A stretch of DNA of 64,000 nt from Candidatus Zixiibacteriota bacterium (GCA_037441845.1 JBBIRK010000002.1:160001-224000); one strand, 5' to 3'. Numbered from the stretch's first letter, positions 10,101 to 19,436 are shown. The notes: generated by a model from the sequence alone, not told the origin. Program-made: numbers and translations.

Positions 10101-10349
10101 TCATTCCACCCAGATTTTGTTGAGTATCCAGGAGGTGTTCCGTTCGTCGTAGGCAAGTTGGAAATAATTCGAGCAGTCGTCGAGGACGGCGAAATAGCGG
10201 ATACGATACTGGCCGACGTCGGCTTTCCAGGTGCCGGTGATCCGTTGCACTTTGATCGGCCGGCCGTTCCAGCGGAAACGGATCGGTTTCATGGCGCCGT
10301 TTTCGAATACCACGATCACATCGATCGGCTCTTCGATATCCTGGTACAT
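10101..10349 (-). CDS. Small DUF6504-like protein resembling the ImuB C-terminal domain
   Basis: SD AGAGGA before ATG 10349; P.RFRWNGR...V.RI...W......RYF.V......FQL.YD.....W.L pattern. Confidence 0.75.
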   Translation of the reverse strand: MYQDIEEPIDVIVVFENGAMKPIRFRWNGRPIKVQRITGTWKADVGQYRIRYFAVLDDCSNYFQLAYDERNTSWILNKIWVE

Positions 10350-10476
10350 GTTTTTCCTCTGACCGATTGCGAACCACCGCACATTATTGCCCGGCAGCGG
10401 CCTTCACGAGAGTTTTCCACGTCACCCAAGCAATAGATCATCGAATAAAACACTGACTTGATCACCCTGTATAGTA

Positions 10477-10719
10477 TTAGGCGGAAACCGTGTTTGATAG
10501 TTGACCGGAAAATCCGCCCAAACCATTACCTAAATTGCGCCGGCCACGAAAATAATCCACATCGGCTTTGTGCGGAAAACAGCACTTTATTTTTTTCGAT
10601 AATTCATAGCCGCGATCAGGTAATTGTCTCGCTGAATATCTGACCGAACGACAAATAATCGAAAACCATGGATTGAAAGGATAGCGATCACCGAAAACAG
10701 CTCTTGATTTACCTGACAT
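10477..10719 (-). CDS. Hypothetical 80-aa basic protein between lexA and the DUF6504-like gene
   Basis: SD-like AAGGGG 6 nt before ATG (MSGKSRAVFG...); fills much of the gap in the operon; no recognisable domain. Confidence 0.35.
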   Translation of the reverse strand: MSGKSRAVFGDRYPFNPWFSIICRSVRYSARQLPDRGYELSKKIKCCFPHKADVDYFRGRRNLGNGLGGFSGQLSNTVSA

Positions 10720-10785
10720 ACTCGACCCCTTCGTTACGATACGATATCTGCCGCACCTTCGGTTGAAACCGGCCATCAAAACCGA

Positions 10786-11409
10786 CTACATCTTCCGCAA
10801 CAGCCCGATAACCTTGCCGGCGATCGCGAACCCGGGTGACCCCCTTTCGACTATGATCGGGCCGTAATCGGGATTAGCCGGCTCGAGTCGTATCCTCTTC
10901 TTCTCGGGAATATACCGCTTTACCGTTGCCTCGTCACCTACCTGCGCCACCACGATATCCCCCCGATCGGCGGTCTGTTGACGACGTACCAGCACGTAAT
11001 CGCCGTCGAGAATCCCCGCCTCGATCATCGAATCGCCCTTGACCCGCAAAGCGAAAATTTGCTCCCCGGGCACGAAAGTCCGATCGATACAAAACGTCCC
11101 CTCGATATTCTGCTCGGCCCACAACGGCGTTCCCGCGGCCACCCGCCCCACCAACGGCACCATCACCTGATGCTTGGGATCGAGATGTTCGGGCGCTTCC
11201 TTGATAATCTCGATCCCCCGTGACAGATAACGGCTGCGCCGGATATACCCCTTGCGCTCGAGCGCATCCAATACCGTGCGCACGCCGTTGGTGGAATTGA
11301 TCTTGAATTTGTCGCCGATTTCCCGAAGCGACGGCGGCCGGCCGAGATCGGTCACCGATCGCTTGATAAATTCGAAAATCTGGCGCTGTCTGGTCGTCAA
11401 TTCTTTCAT
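10786..11409 (-). CDS. lexA: SOS repressor LexA
   Basis: LTTRQ..IFEFI, PPSLREIG, LERKGYI, cleavage site VGRVAAG, catalytic GDSM and EATVK. Confidence 0.96.
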   Translation of the reverse strand: MKELTTRQRQIFEFIKRSVTDLGRPPSLREIGDKFKINSTNGVRTVLDALERKGYIRRSRYLSRGIEIIKEAPEHLDPKHQVMVPLVGRVAAGTPLWAEQNIEGTFCIDRTFVPGEQIFALRVKGDSMIEAGILDGDYVLVRRQQTADRGDIVVAQVGDEATVKRYIPEKKRIRLEPANPDYGPIIVERGSPGFAIAGKVIGLLRKM

Positions 11410-11456
11410 GACTGTCTCCCTCCCGTTATGGTCCCGTCACCTGCTATCTGAATATA

Positions 11457-11485
11457 AGTATACTGCTCATATGTTCATTCGTCAA
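11457..11485 (-). promoter_or_regulatory. sigma70 promoter of lexA with a candidate SOS box in the spacer (11464-11477)
   Basis: TTGACG-N17-TATACT; spacer holds the imperfect palindrome TGAAC-ATAT-GAGCA. Confidence 0.7.
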
Positions 11486-11526
11486 GAAAAAAAATTTGTT
11501 TTTACGAAAATCACCGCCCGGATAGA

Positions 11527-13233
11527 TCACCACACCCCAACCGTGGGCTGTATCTCCCTTTGAATAAACGACTTATCTGCATCGGGCGGGATCAAAACCG
11601 TGAACTTCGTCCCCCAACTTCCGGTGTCGAAACTGATTTTCCCCTCGAGCGATTCGACTATCCGCCAGACGATAGCCAACCCCAAACCCGTGCCGTCGGT
11701 TTTGGTGGAATAAAACGGCTGAAATATATGCCCGCGGATATTGGGCGGAATGCCGCAGCCGTTGTCGCTGATTTCCAGTTTGGTCCAGACTCGGCCGCCG
11801 GTTTCCACATGTAAACCGGTTTGAATTTTGATCACTCCATCGTTACCGCCTATCGCCTGAATCGCATTCAATATCAGGTTCCAGAGAAGTTGCTTATGCA
11901 CATCCGGAGTTCCCCGGGCGAAAACGGTTTTCCCCTCTTGAGGAATTTCGAAAACGATATTCTGCTTATATTGAGGATGAGCTTTCGCCAGATCGATCAC
12001 TTCTCTGATAGCTCCGGTGAGTTCGGCTTTCGATTCGATATTTCCGGTAACTCTGGAAAAACTCAAAAAATCGGTTAAAATCCTGTTCAGCCGGGCGCTT
12101 TCCTTCAAGATCAAATCGAATAATTTCCGCTCGTCGTCTTTTTCCAACTTAAGGGAATCGCGCAGAACCTCCACCGATCCCGAAATCGCCGCCAGTGGAT
12201 TTCTGATCTCGTGCGCAATCCCGGCGGAAAGCTGCCCGATCGAGGCCATTCTATCGGCGTCGCGCAGCCTTCTTTCCAGCAACTTGGCCTCGCTCAAATT
12301 CTGGAAAACCACGATCACTCCGCGCGTCCGCTCCTCGTCCTTAAGCAGAGAGGTGGAGATTCCCAACGGCACCGTAACCTCGCCGATTTTTATTTCGATT
12401 TCGCCGCGCGACTCCACATAACCTGTCGATAGAGCCAGATCAATCTTGTAATAAAGCTCGGGGTAACGATTAAAAAACAGGTCGCGATAATTCGTTCGGC
12501 GCGCTTTATCGGAAGCGATATCGAGAATGCCGCCCGCCGCCCGATTGAAATAAACGATATTCCCTCGATTATCCACGGTGATCATTCCCGAGCGCATGTT
12601 CTCCAAAATTTCATTCGTTTCAAGCCTGATCTTTTGCAGTTCGCGCGAGGCGAAAAGAAAATTCTCGGCCAGATATCCCGATATGAATGCCACCAAATAG
12701 AAAAGACACAGATGCAAAAACACGGTATAGAAAACTTCGTCCGAGCCGATACCGGATATTCCGATCCGGTTTTCCCTGAAAATCCCCGGTAGCAGCTCCG
12801 AAAGTTTCCAGATAACAGGGGCGGCATAGAACAGCCCGGCGATCGTGGCCGAAATCAGGGTGCCGACCAGGCCGTAAATCATGCTCGAGGACACGATCGT
12901 AAGCATGAACAAAACCACCAACGGCGAGAAATTGCCGCCCACACGATTGACCAGAATCGCCTCGAAAGCGAACTCGAAAACCGTCTGCAGCCCGACTATG
13001 AATCGCACCAGATTTTCGTCGGGCTTGCGATTGAACGCCAGTACATACAGCAAAAATCCGATCGCCAGGATTCCGTAAATTATCAATAATTGATAGATCA
13101 GGCCATGGGTGGGAAGATATAGCAAATAGGTTGCGAATAAGGCTCCATAGTTTACCAGGCGGGAGATCACGATCCAGAAAAAACGCCCGCTTGGTCCAAG
13201 CGATAGGCTCGTCGATTTGAATTTGAGGTTCAT
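11527..13233 (-). CDS. pilS: PilS-like membrane sensor histidine kinase (TM region, PAS, HisKA, HATPase)
   Basis: Several N-terminal TMs, PAS (SGMITVD..GNIVYFN.AA), H-box AHEIRNPL, NLILNAIQA, DNGCGI, GTGLGL; follows pilBTC. Confidence 0.8.
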   Translation of the reverse strand: MNLKFKSTSLSLGPSGRFFWIVISRLVNYGALFATYLLYLPTHGLIYQLLIIYGILAIGFLLYVLAFNRKPDENLVRFIVGLQTVFEFAFEAILVNRVGGNFSPLVVLFMLTIVSSSMIYGLVGTLISATIAGLFYAAPVIWKLSELLPGIFRENRIGISGIGSDEVFYTVFLHLCLFYLVAFISGYLAENFLFASRELQKIRLETNEILENMRSGMITVDNRGNIVYFNRAAGGILDIASDKARRTNYRDLFFNRYPELYYKIDLALSTGYVESRGEIEIKIGEVTVPLGISTSLLKDEERTRGVIVVFQNLSEAKLLERRLRDADRMASIGQLSAGIAHEIRNPLAAISGSVEVLRDSLKLEKDDERKLFDLILKESARLNRILTDFLSFSRVTGNIESKAELTGAIREVIDLAKAHPQYKQNIVFEIPQEGKTVFARGTPDVHKQLLWNLILNAIQAIGGNDGVIKIQTGLHVETGGRVWTKLEISDNGCGIPPNIRGHIFQPFYSTKTDGTGLGLAIVWRIVESLEGKISFDTGSWGTKFTVLIPPDADKSFIQREIQPTVGVW

Positions 13234-13240
13234 CCGGCCG

Positions 13241-13272
13241 AAAAAAAAGCGTCGCCGATCGCTCGACGACGC
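13241..13272 (-). terminator. Rho-independent terminator after pilC
   Basis: GCGTCGTCGA-GCGA-TCGGCGACGC followed by T8 on the minus strand. Confidence 0.75.
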
Positions 13273-13286
13273 CGTCTCAGTCCGAT

Positions 13287-14486
13287 CTAACTTATCTTGC
13301 CGATAATGTCGAACATCGGCAGATACATGGCCACCAGGATACCGCCGATCACCGCCCCCATGAACACGATGATCACCGGTTCGATTATCGACGTCAGCGC
13401 CGCCACTGCGGCATCCACCTCGTCGTCGTAAAAATCGGCAATCTTCGATAGCATCTCATCGAGTCCGCCGGTCTTCTCGCCCACGGAAATCATCTGGATA
13501 ACCATCGGCGGAAAGACGCCGGTCTCTTTCAACGGCGCGGTGATCGTCTCCCCCTCGGCGATCGACAACATCGATTTCCTGATCGCGTTCTGCAACACCA
13601 TATTGCCGGATGTCTTCGAGGTTATATCCAGAGCATCGAGAATGGACACACCCGAGGATATCAGCGTGCTCAAGGTGCGGGTGAACCGGGATATGGCCCC
13701 TTTTCGGATAAGATTGCCCAAAAGCGGCATAACCAATTTCAGTTTATCGAAATTGAGCCTGACGTTCGGATTCCTGAGCGAGTACTTGAACCCCACCGCG
13801 AATGCTATCAAGCCGAATAGAAAATACATCGAATAAGCCCTCAGGAACGCGGAAATGTTGAGAACGGCTTTCGTGGGCCCGGGAAGATCGGCGCCCAATC
13901 CGGAAAACATCTTGGCGAAAACCGGTACTATATAGGTAAGCATGGCGTAGGTGACGCCGCTGGCCACGACAGCCACGACGATCGGATATACCATCGCACC
14001 CTTGACCTTGCGCGTCAGCCGATCGGCCTTCTCCCGATATACCGCCAACCTGACCAAAATCGTATCCAATGCGCCGCCCATCTCGCCGGCCTCCACCATG
14101 TTCACGTAAAGATCGTCGAACACCTTGCGATGTTTGCCCAGCGCTTCGGAAAGGGTCGCTCCCGACTGTACGTCCTCTTTGATCTTGTTGGCGATACTTC
14201 TGAATTCCGCCGATTCCATTTGATTCGAAAGGATTTCAAGGCATTGCACCATCGGCAAACCCGCGCTTATCATGGTGGCGAACTGCCTGGTGAATCGCGA
14301 AATCTCGACTTTTTTGATTCTGCCGCCGAACTTGATATTAATCTGCGAAGGTTTCTTGGTTATCTGGGTGGCCAGAATTTTGTTGGCTCTCAGATAACGC
14401 TCGAGTTCGGCCTTGTTCTTAGCCTTCCGTTCCCCCTGTACGGGTCTGCCGCCGACCGTCTTGCCTTTGTAATCGAAAACCGGCAC
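13287..14486 (-). CDS. pilC: Type IV pilus platform protein PilC (copy 1)
   Basis: FTRQFATMISAGLP, GEMGGALD, AMVYP, GEKTGGLD, EPVIIV..MYLPMF. Confidence 0.95.
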   Translation of the reverse strand: MPVFDYKGKTVGGRPVQGERKAKNKAELERYLRANKILATQITKKPSQINIKFGGRIKKVEISRFTRQFATMISAGLPMVQCLEILSNQMESAEFRSIANKIKEDVQSGATLSEALGKHRKVFDDLYVNMVEAGEMGGALDTILVRLAVYREKADRLTRKVKGAMVYPIVVAVVASGVTYAMLTYIVPVFAKMFSGLGADLPGPTKAVLNISAFLRAYSMYFLFGLIAFAVGFKYSLRNPNVRLNFDKLKLVMPLLGNLIRKGAISRFTRTLSTLISSGVSILDALDITSKTSGNMVLQNAIRKSMLSIAEGETITAPLKETGVFPPMVIQMISVGEKTGGLDEMLSKIADFYDDEVDAAVAALTSIIEPVIIVFMGAVIGGILVAMYLPMFDIIGKIS

Positions 14487-14505
14487 TTTTCACCTCCGGG
14501 ATTGC

Positions 14506-15597
14506 CTAATCGGCGCCCACTTTTTGCCCGGCGAGCTGTCCTTTGCGATTGATCATTTCCTCGAGCTCGGCAGGTGCAGATGAGTGCCCCACGGCGTCGT
14601 TGAGGGTTATTTTTCGGGCCGCATATAACTCATACAACGATTGATTCATCGTTTTCATTCCGTATTTTTGCCCCGCCTGTATCAGGCTGTAAATCTGATG
14701 GATTTTATCATCCCTGATAACCGCCCGAATCGCCGGCGTGGCCATCAAAATCTCCATGGCCAAAACGCGGCCGCCGCCCACGCGCGGCAACAACTGCTGC
14801 GTCACTATTGCCTGCAAAACAAACGACAATTGGATCCTCACTTGCTCCTGTTGATTGGTCGGAAAAACATCGACGATCCTGTTGATCGCCTCGGCCGCGG
14901 AATTGGTATGCAAGGTGGCGAACGCCAAATGACCGGTCTCCGATATCGTCAGCGCCGCCTCCATGGTCTCCAGATCGCGCATCTCGCCGATTAAAATGAC
15001 GTCCGGGTCCTGGCGCAGCGCATATTTCAACGAGGACGCGAACGAATTCGTGTCGGAGTGAACCTCGCGTTGATTTATTATGCAACTCTGATGTCGATGC
15101 AGATATTCGATCGGATCCTCGACGGTTATTATATGCTTGTGTTGCTCCCGGTTGATTTTGTCTATCAAAGCCGCCAGAGTGGTCGATTTGCCCGAACCGG
15201 TCGGCCCCGTTACCAGCACCAGACCCCTCGGAAGATTGGCGAGATTGGCGATATGCGGCGGTATGCCGAGCTCCTCGAATGATTTCACCCGATGCGGTAT
15301 CTGCCTTAAAGCCATCGAAACGTTCCCCCGCTGCATGAATATATTGCAGCGGAAACGCGACAGATTCTCCACTCCGAAAGAAAGGTCGAGCTCGGAATTC
15401 TCCTCGAATTTATGCCTTTGCTTGTCGTTCATCACGCTGTAGGCGAGTTTCTTGGTATCCTCCGGCGTTAATACGTCGTAATCCGACCGCGTCAGTTTGC
15501 CGTCGATCCGCAGCACCGGCGGCGTGCCCACGGTTATATGAAGGTCGGAGGCGTTGCGCTTTACCATCAACTCCAATAGTTCTCTTAATGAAACCAT
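14506..15597 (-). CDS. pilT: Type IV pilus retraction ATPase PilT (copy 1)
   Basis: ASDLH, GPTGSGKSTT, EDPIE, ALRQDPDVILIGEMRD, ETGHL, AIRAVIRD. Confidence 0.95.
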   Translation of the reverse strand: MVSLRELLELMVKRNASDLHITVGTPPVLRIDGKLTRSDYDVLTPEDTKKLAYSVMNDKQRHKFEENSELDLSFGVENLSRFRCNIFMQRGNVSMALRQIPHRVKSFEELGIPPHIANLANLPRGLVLVTGPTGSGKSTTLAALIDKINREQHKHIITVEDPIEYLHRHQSCIINQREVHSDTNSFASSLKYALRQDPDVILIGEMRDLETMEAALTISETGHLAFATLHTNSAAEAINRIVDVFPTNQQEQVRIQLSFVLQAIVTQQLLPRVGGGRVLAMEILMATPAIRAVIRDDKIHQIYSLIQAGQKYGMKTMNQSLYELYAARKITLNDAVGHSSAPAELEEMINRKGQLAGQKVGAD

Positions 15598-15633
15598 TTG
15601 TCCCCTCGTCTATGGATGACCTCTATGATAATA

Positions 15634-15660
15634 TTATCGTCAGGAAAAGCCGGGGCTTGA
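15634..15660 (-). promoter_or_regulatory. sigma28-like promoter upstream of pilT
   Basis: TCAA-N15-GACGATAA versus consensus TAAA-N15-GCCGATAA. Confidence 0.45.
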
Positions 15661-17355
15661 TTAGATTCCGGAGGTTTCCGCCAACACTTCTTCGAGCGAT
15701 GTGATTCCGTTGGTCAGTTTTTCCAATGCCGCCATTCTCAACGTCAACATCCCCTCGTTGATCGCTTGCTGCCGCAATTCGGCGGTCGAGGCGTTCTGCA
15801 CGATCATCTTCTCGATCGTCGGCGATATCGGCATCACCTCGAATATACCGGTTCTGCCCGAATAGCCGGTATTGTTGCACTCGTTGCAGCCCGATCCCTT
15901 GTAAATCTTCATCGTCTTCACTTGTTCCGGGCTCAACTGCAGAAGTTCGATTACCTCCGGCGTAATCGGCTCCTCTTTCTTGCAGAACGAACATATCTTG
16001 CGCACCATTCTCTGAGCCATGATCAGTTTGGTCGAGGCGGCGATCAAGTAAGAGGGGATACCCATATCCACCAGGCGGTTTATCGTCGATGGCGCATCGT
16101 TGGTGTGCAGAGTCGAAAACACCAGGTGCCCGGTAAGAGCGGCCTTGATCGCGATATCGGCGGTCTCCTGATCGCGTATCTCCCCCACCATGACTATATC
16201 CGGATCCTGACGCAAGAAGGATCGCAATGCGGCCGCGAAAGTGAGCCCGATATCAGAACGCACCAACACCTGATTGATCCCGTCGAAATTGAACTCCACC
16301 GGATCCTCTGCCGTCATTATGTTGACATCGGGCACATTGAGCGTCTTCAGCGCCGAATATAGCGTAGTCGTCTTTCCCGATCCGGTCGGTCCGGTCACCA
16401 GAATCATTCCATACGGCAAGTTTATCGCCTTGGTGAAATTCTTCAACGCCAGTTCGGGGAATCCGAGCTTGGTCAGATCGACCATCAGGGATTTCGGGTC
16501 GAGAATACGCATGACCACCTTTTCCCCGAAAATCGTCGGCAGCGTGGAAACGCGCAAATCCACTGTGCGTTCGCCGATTTTTATCTTGATCCGGCCGTCC
16601 TGCGGAAGGCGCCTTTCCGAAATATCGAGATCGGCCATGATCTTCATACGCGAAATAATGGCGGCGCGATATTTGAAAGGAATCGGCGCCCGCTCTTGCA
16701 ACGAACCATCGATACGATAACGGACGCGGATTCTCTTCTCGTAACATTCGAAATGTATGTCCGAGGCGCCTTTCTTGATCGCATCGGCGATGATTGAATC
16801 GACCAGCTTCACCAGAGGCTTGTCCTGGACCGCCTTCTGCAGATCCATTTCCTCGGGTATATCCTCGGAGGCCTCGACCACCTCCAGCTCTTCGTCTATC
16901 TCCTTGATAATGGAATCGAGCGCCCCTTTATCCTCGTAATAAATGTCGATCGCCTTCTGAATCGTCCCTTCCGGCGAAATAACCGGTTGTATGTTGCAGC
17001 CGGTGATGAATTTTATGGCGTCGAGCACATATATATTGTTGGGATCGGCGATAGCCACGATCATGGTCTTGCCGATCTTGGAAACGGCTATGACATTGAA
17101 TCTGCGGGCAATATCCTGGGGAATTAATTTCACGGTCTCGGGATTCAGCTCGACATCGGTGAGCCTCAAAGCCCCGATATTGAGCTGTTTACCGACGAAC
17201 TCGCTGATAACGTTCTCGTCCTCGACCGCACCTATCTTGACGAGGATTTCGCCCAGTTTCCCGTTGGAGTTCTTTTGAAACTCCAGTGCCTTATTCAGCT
17301 GTTCCTCGGTTATCTTGCCGGCCTTAACCAGCATTTTTCCGAGTTCGATACTCAT
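15661..17355 (-). CDS. pilB: Type IV pilus assembly ATPase PilB (copy 1)
   Basis: MshEN-like N-terminus, ASDIH, ERRLPQDG, GPTGSGKTTT, LRQDPD, tetracysteine CSFC/CNEC. Confidence 0.95.
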   Translation of the reverse strand: MSIELGKMLVKAGKITEEQLNKALEFQKNSNGKLGEILVKIGAVEDENVISEFVGKQLNIGALRLTDVELNPETVKLIPQDIARRFNVIAVSKIGKTMIVAIADPNNIYVLDAIKFITGCNIQPVISPEGTIQKAIDIYYEDKGALDSIIKEIDEELEVVEASEDIPEEMDLQKAVQDKPLVKLVDSIIADAIKKGASDIHFECYEKRIRVRYRIDGSLQERAPIPFKYRAAIISRMKIMADLDISERRLPQDGRIKIKIGERTVDLRVSTLPTIFGEKVVMRILDPKSLMVDLTKLGFPELALKNFTKAINLPYGMILVTGPTGSGKTTTLYSALKTLNVPDVNIMTAEDPVEFNFDGINQVLVRSDIGLTFAAALRSFLRQDPDIVMVGEIRDQETADIAIKAALTGHLVFSTLHTNDAPSTINRLVDMGIPSYLIAASTKLIMAQRMVRKICSFCKKEEPITPEVIELLQLSPEQVKTMKIYKGSGCNECNNTGYSGRTGIFEVMPISPTIEKMIVQNASTAELRQQAINEGMLTLRMAALEKLTNGITSLEEVLAETSGI

Positions 17356-17373
17356 GAATAGTCGGCGCCTTCG

Positions 17374-17862
17374 TTAATCTTTGAAAATATCGTCGAGTTT
17401 GTTCTCAGCGGAAGCGGAAAATTCCTCGTCGATTTCGACCATTTTCTCCCGCGGCTTCTTGCCGGCGTTGTTGAGAATCTCCAATAAAACTTCACCGATC
17501 TCTTTCGCGTAAAGCCTGACCATTCCGATCGTCGTCCGATCGTCGAAAATCACCACCAAAATCGTCCGCTCACCGATCAGCGAAATATGAATATGGTCGC
17601 GCTTCCCCTGATGAAACAGCACCGAAAATTCCGGCTCTCCCACCAGCCGGGCGATTTCCCGGGTCGATGCGAAACTGCCGGCCAGCAGCGCGGCCAAGGC
17701 GGTCGTATCCAGCGTTTGCGTGAATCCCTGACGCGTTATCAGATGGCCGTCCTTGTCGACCAGCAGCGAGCATTTGGCTTCAGCCTCCTTTATAAGGCGG
17801 GTGAGCGCCCGGTCGATCTGCTCGATCTCCTCCTCGTAGAGTATTTGATTCTCCTGGGCCAC
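17374..17862 (-). CDS. mglB: MglB (roadblock/LC7 GTPase-activating protein)
   Basis: YEEE.., LVDKDGHLI, DTTALAALLAG, LVGEPEFS..FHQG, VIFDDRTTIGMVRL and an acidic C-terminal helix (KLDDIFKD), as in myxobacterial MglB; GTG start with AGGAGG SD. Confidence 0.9.
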   Translation of the reverse strand: MAQENQILYEEEIEQIDRALTRLIKEAEAKCSLLVDKDGHLITRQGFTQTLDTTALAALLAGSFASTREIARLVGEPEFSVLFHQGKRDHIHISLIGERTILVVIFDDRTTIGMVRLYAKEIGEVLLEILNNAGKKPREKMVEIDEEFSASAENKLDDIFKD

Positions 17863-17873
17863 TTTATCCTCCT

Positions 17874-19076
17874 TTAAGAATTTTCACTCTTTTTTTTGAA
17901 CCAGCCGAATATGCCGACTTTTTTCTTCTGCTTAACTTTGGTGCTCTCGGCCATATGCGGCTTGGATAGCATCTGCGGCGGCGATATACGCTCGGCGATC
18001 TGTGTCGCTTCCTCGTCGAACCTCGCCCCTTCGTCCGGCGATTGCTTAGCGGCTCCCCTCGCGTATATTCCATTCAGCTTTTCGGCGTCCAGAACCGCCG
18101 GATGCCTCTTTATCGGCGGCGTCTCGACCTGCGGCACCAGCGATTCTTCTTTCAGCACCGAATGTTCGGTGGTTTCTTCCAAATCCTCTTTAGGCGGTTC
18201 TTGAGGCGGGGCTTCCGCCTCCTCCGGCGCCGAGGAGACCACTACGTTCGTCAACGTTTCCGAAACCGCCACGATGGGCGGTTGCTTCATCGACAGATTA
18301 TCCTCGGACCCTGCGGCAGGGCTAATCTTTTCCCGGCCTTCCTCGATTTTGAATACTTTGACGGAAGGCTCCGTCAGCGCATCCACCGGCCTTCTTTCCG
18401 CTTGCGGACCGACTCGAACAGCTGCTTCCCGTTGCGATTCGCCTCCTCCCACACCTACCACGACCGGTTCCGGTCGCGAGGGCCGCTCCGGTGATGTCTG
18501 CCTGGCCTTATCCAGGACCAATTTGCTTATCGCCTTCAGCGTCGCGAAAACGCCGGTGCCGGCCGATGCCACCGCTTCGAAATACGGCAAATTGCGGGGA
18601 TTCAACTGTCTTTGCATCTCCTCTATTGAGGCGACATTGGGAAGATCCCTTTTATTATACTGAAGCACCATCGGAATATCTTTGATATCGTAACCGTACT
18701 CCGCCAGATTCTCCTCGAGATTTTTCAGTGATTCTATATTGTCGTCCATCTTTTCCATCTGGGAATCGGCCACGAATACCAACCCATCGACTCCTCGTAA
18801 GACGAGTTTCCGCGTGGCGTTGTAATAAACTTGGCCGGGCACCGTGTAAAGCTGGAATTTGGTGGAAAACCCCCTTATATTCCCCACGTTCACCGGCAGG
18901 AAATCGAAATAAAGCGTTCTATCGGCGTCGGTCGCCAGACTGATCAACTCCCCGCGCGTGTCCTTGGGCACTTTGCTGAACACGTATTGCAAGTTAGTGG
19001 TCTTGCCGGAGAGCCCGGGACCGTAATAAACGATCTTCGAAATAATTTCCTTGAAAGCGTAGTTTATCGATACCAT
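17874..19076 (-). CDS. mglA: MglA-family small GTPase with ~200-aa C-terminal extension
   Basis: INY..KEI..KIVYYGPGLSGKTTNL, DRTLYFDF, LYTVPGQ, FVADSQ, QYNKRDLP, EAVA..GVF.TLK, then a low-complexity tail. Confidence 0.92.
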   Translation of the reverse strand: MVSINYAFKEIISKIVYYGPGLSGKTTNLQYVFSKVPKDTRGELISLATDADRTLYFDFLPVNVGNIRGFSTKFQLYTVPGQVYYNATRKLVLRGVDGLVFVADSQMEKMDDNIESLKNLEENLAEYGYDIKDIPMVLQYNKRDLPNVASIEEMQRQLNPRNLPYFEAVASAGTGVFATLKAISKLVLDKARQTSPERPSRPEPVVVGVGGGESQREAAVRVGPQAERRPVDALTEPSVKVFKIEEGREKISPAAGSEDNLSMKQPPIVAVSETLTNVVVSSAPEEAEAPPQEPPKEDLEETTEHSVLKEESLVPQVETPPIKRHPAVLDAEKLNGIYARGAAKQSPDEGARFDEEATQIAERISPPQMLSKPHMAESTKVKQKKKVGIFGWFKKKSENS

Positions 19077-19085
19077 CGAAAATCC

Positions 19086-19424
19086 CTATTGGCCGCGGAT
19101 TTTTGCCAGCGCTTGTTTTATCTCCAGCCTCACCAGTCCGATATTCACGTCTTTCTCGGCCACCACCGTCAAAATGCCGAGCCCGGCGTCGGTCAAAAAC
19201 AATTTCCCCTGCTCGGCCTCCACCATTATCTGGCGCGGCGACTCGTTGTGCAGCCGCTCCATCGCCTTGCCTACACTGGCCACGATAGACGCCGAAAGCG
19301 CGCCCACCGTCTCGTCCTGCAGCGTCGAATCGAGATCGGCGGCTATTATGATCCCGTCCGCCCCGACCAGCATCGAACCCCTGACGCCAGAGGTTTTGTT
19401 TAGTTCGCTTAACACATTTAGCAT
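19086..19424 (-). CDS. Roadblock/LC7 domain protein
   Basis: GVRGSMLVGADGIIIA, GALSA, QIMVEAEQGKL, VNIGLVRLEIK. Confidence 0.88.
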   Translation of the reverse strand: MLNVLSELNKTSGVRGSMLVGADGIIIAADLDSTLQDETVGALSASIVASVGKAMERLHNESPRQIMVEAEQGKLFLTDAGLGILTVVAEKDVNIGLVRLEIKQALAKIRGQ

Positions 19425-19436
19425 AACGCCTCCGTA

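Noticed and set aside
10069..10377. Alternative 102-aa minus-strand ORF upstream of dinB
   Set aside because: Arg-rich off-frame reading; the overlapping frame with SD and DUF6504-like pattern is preferred
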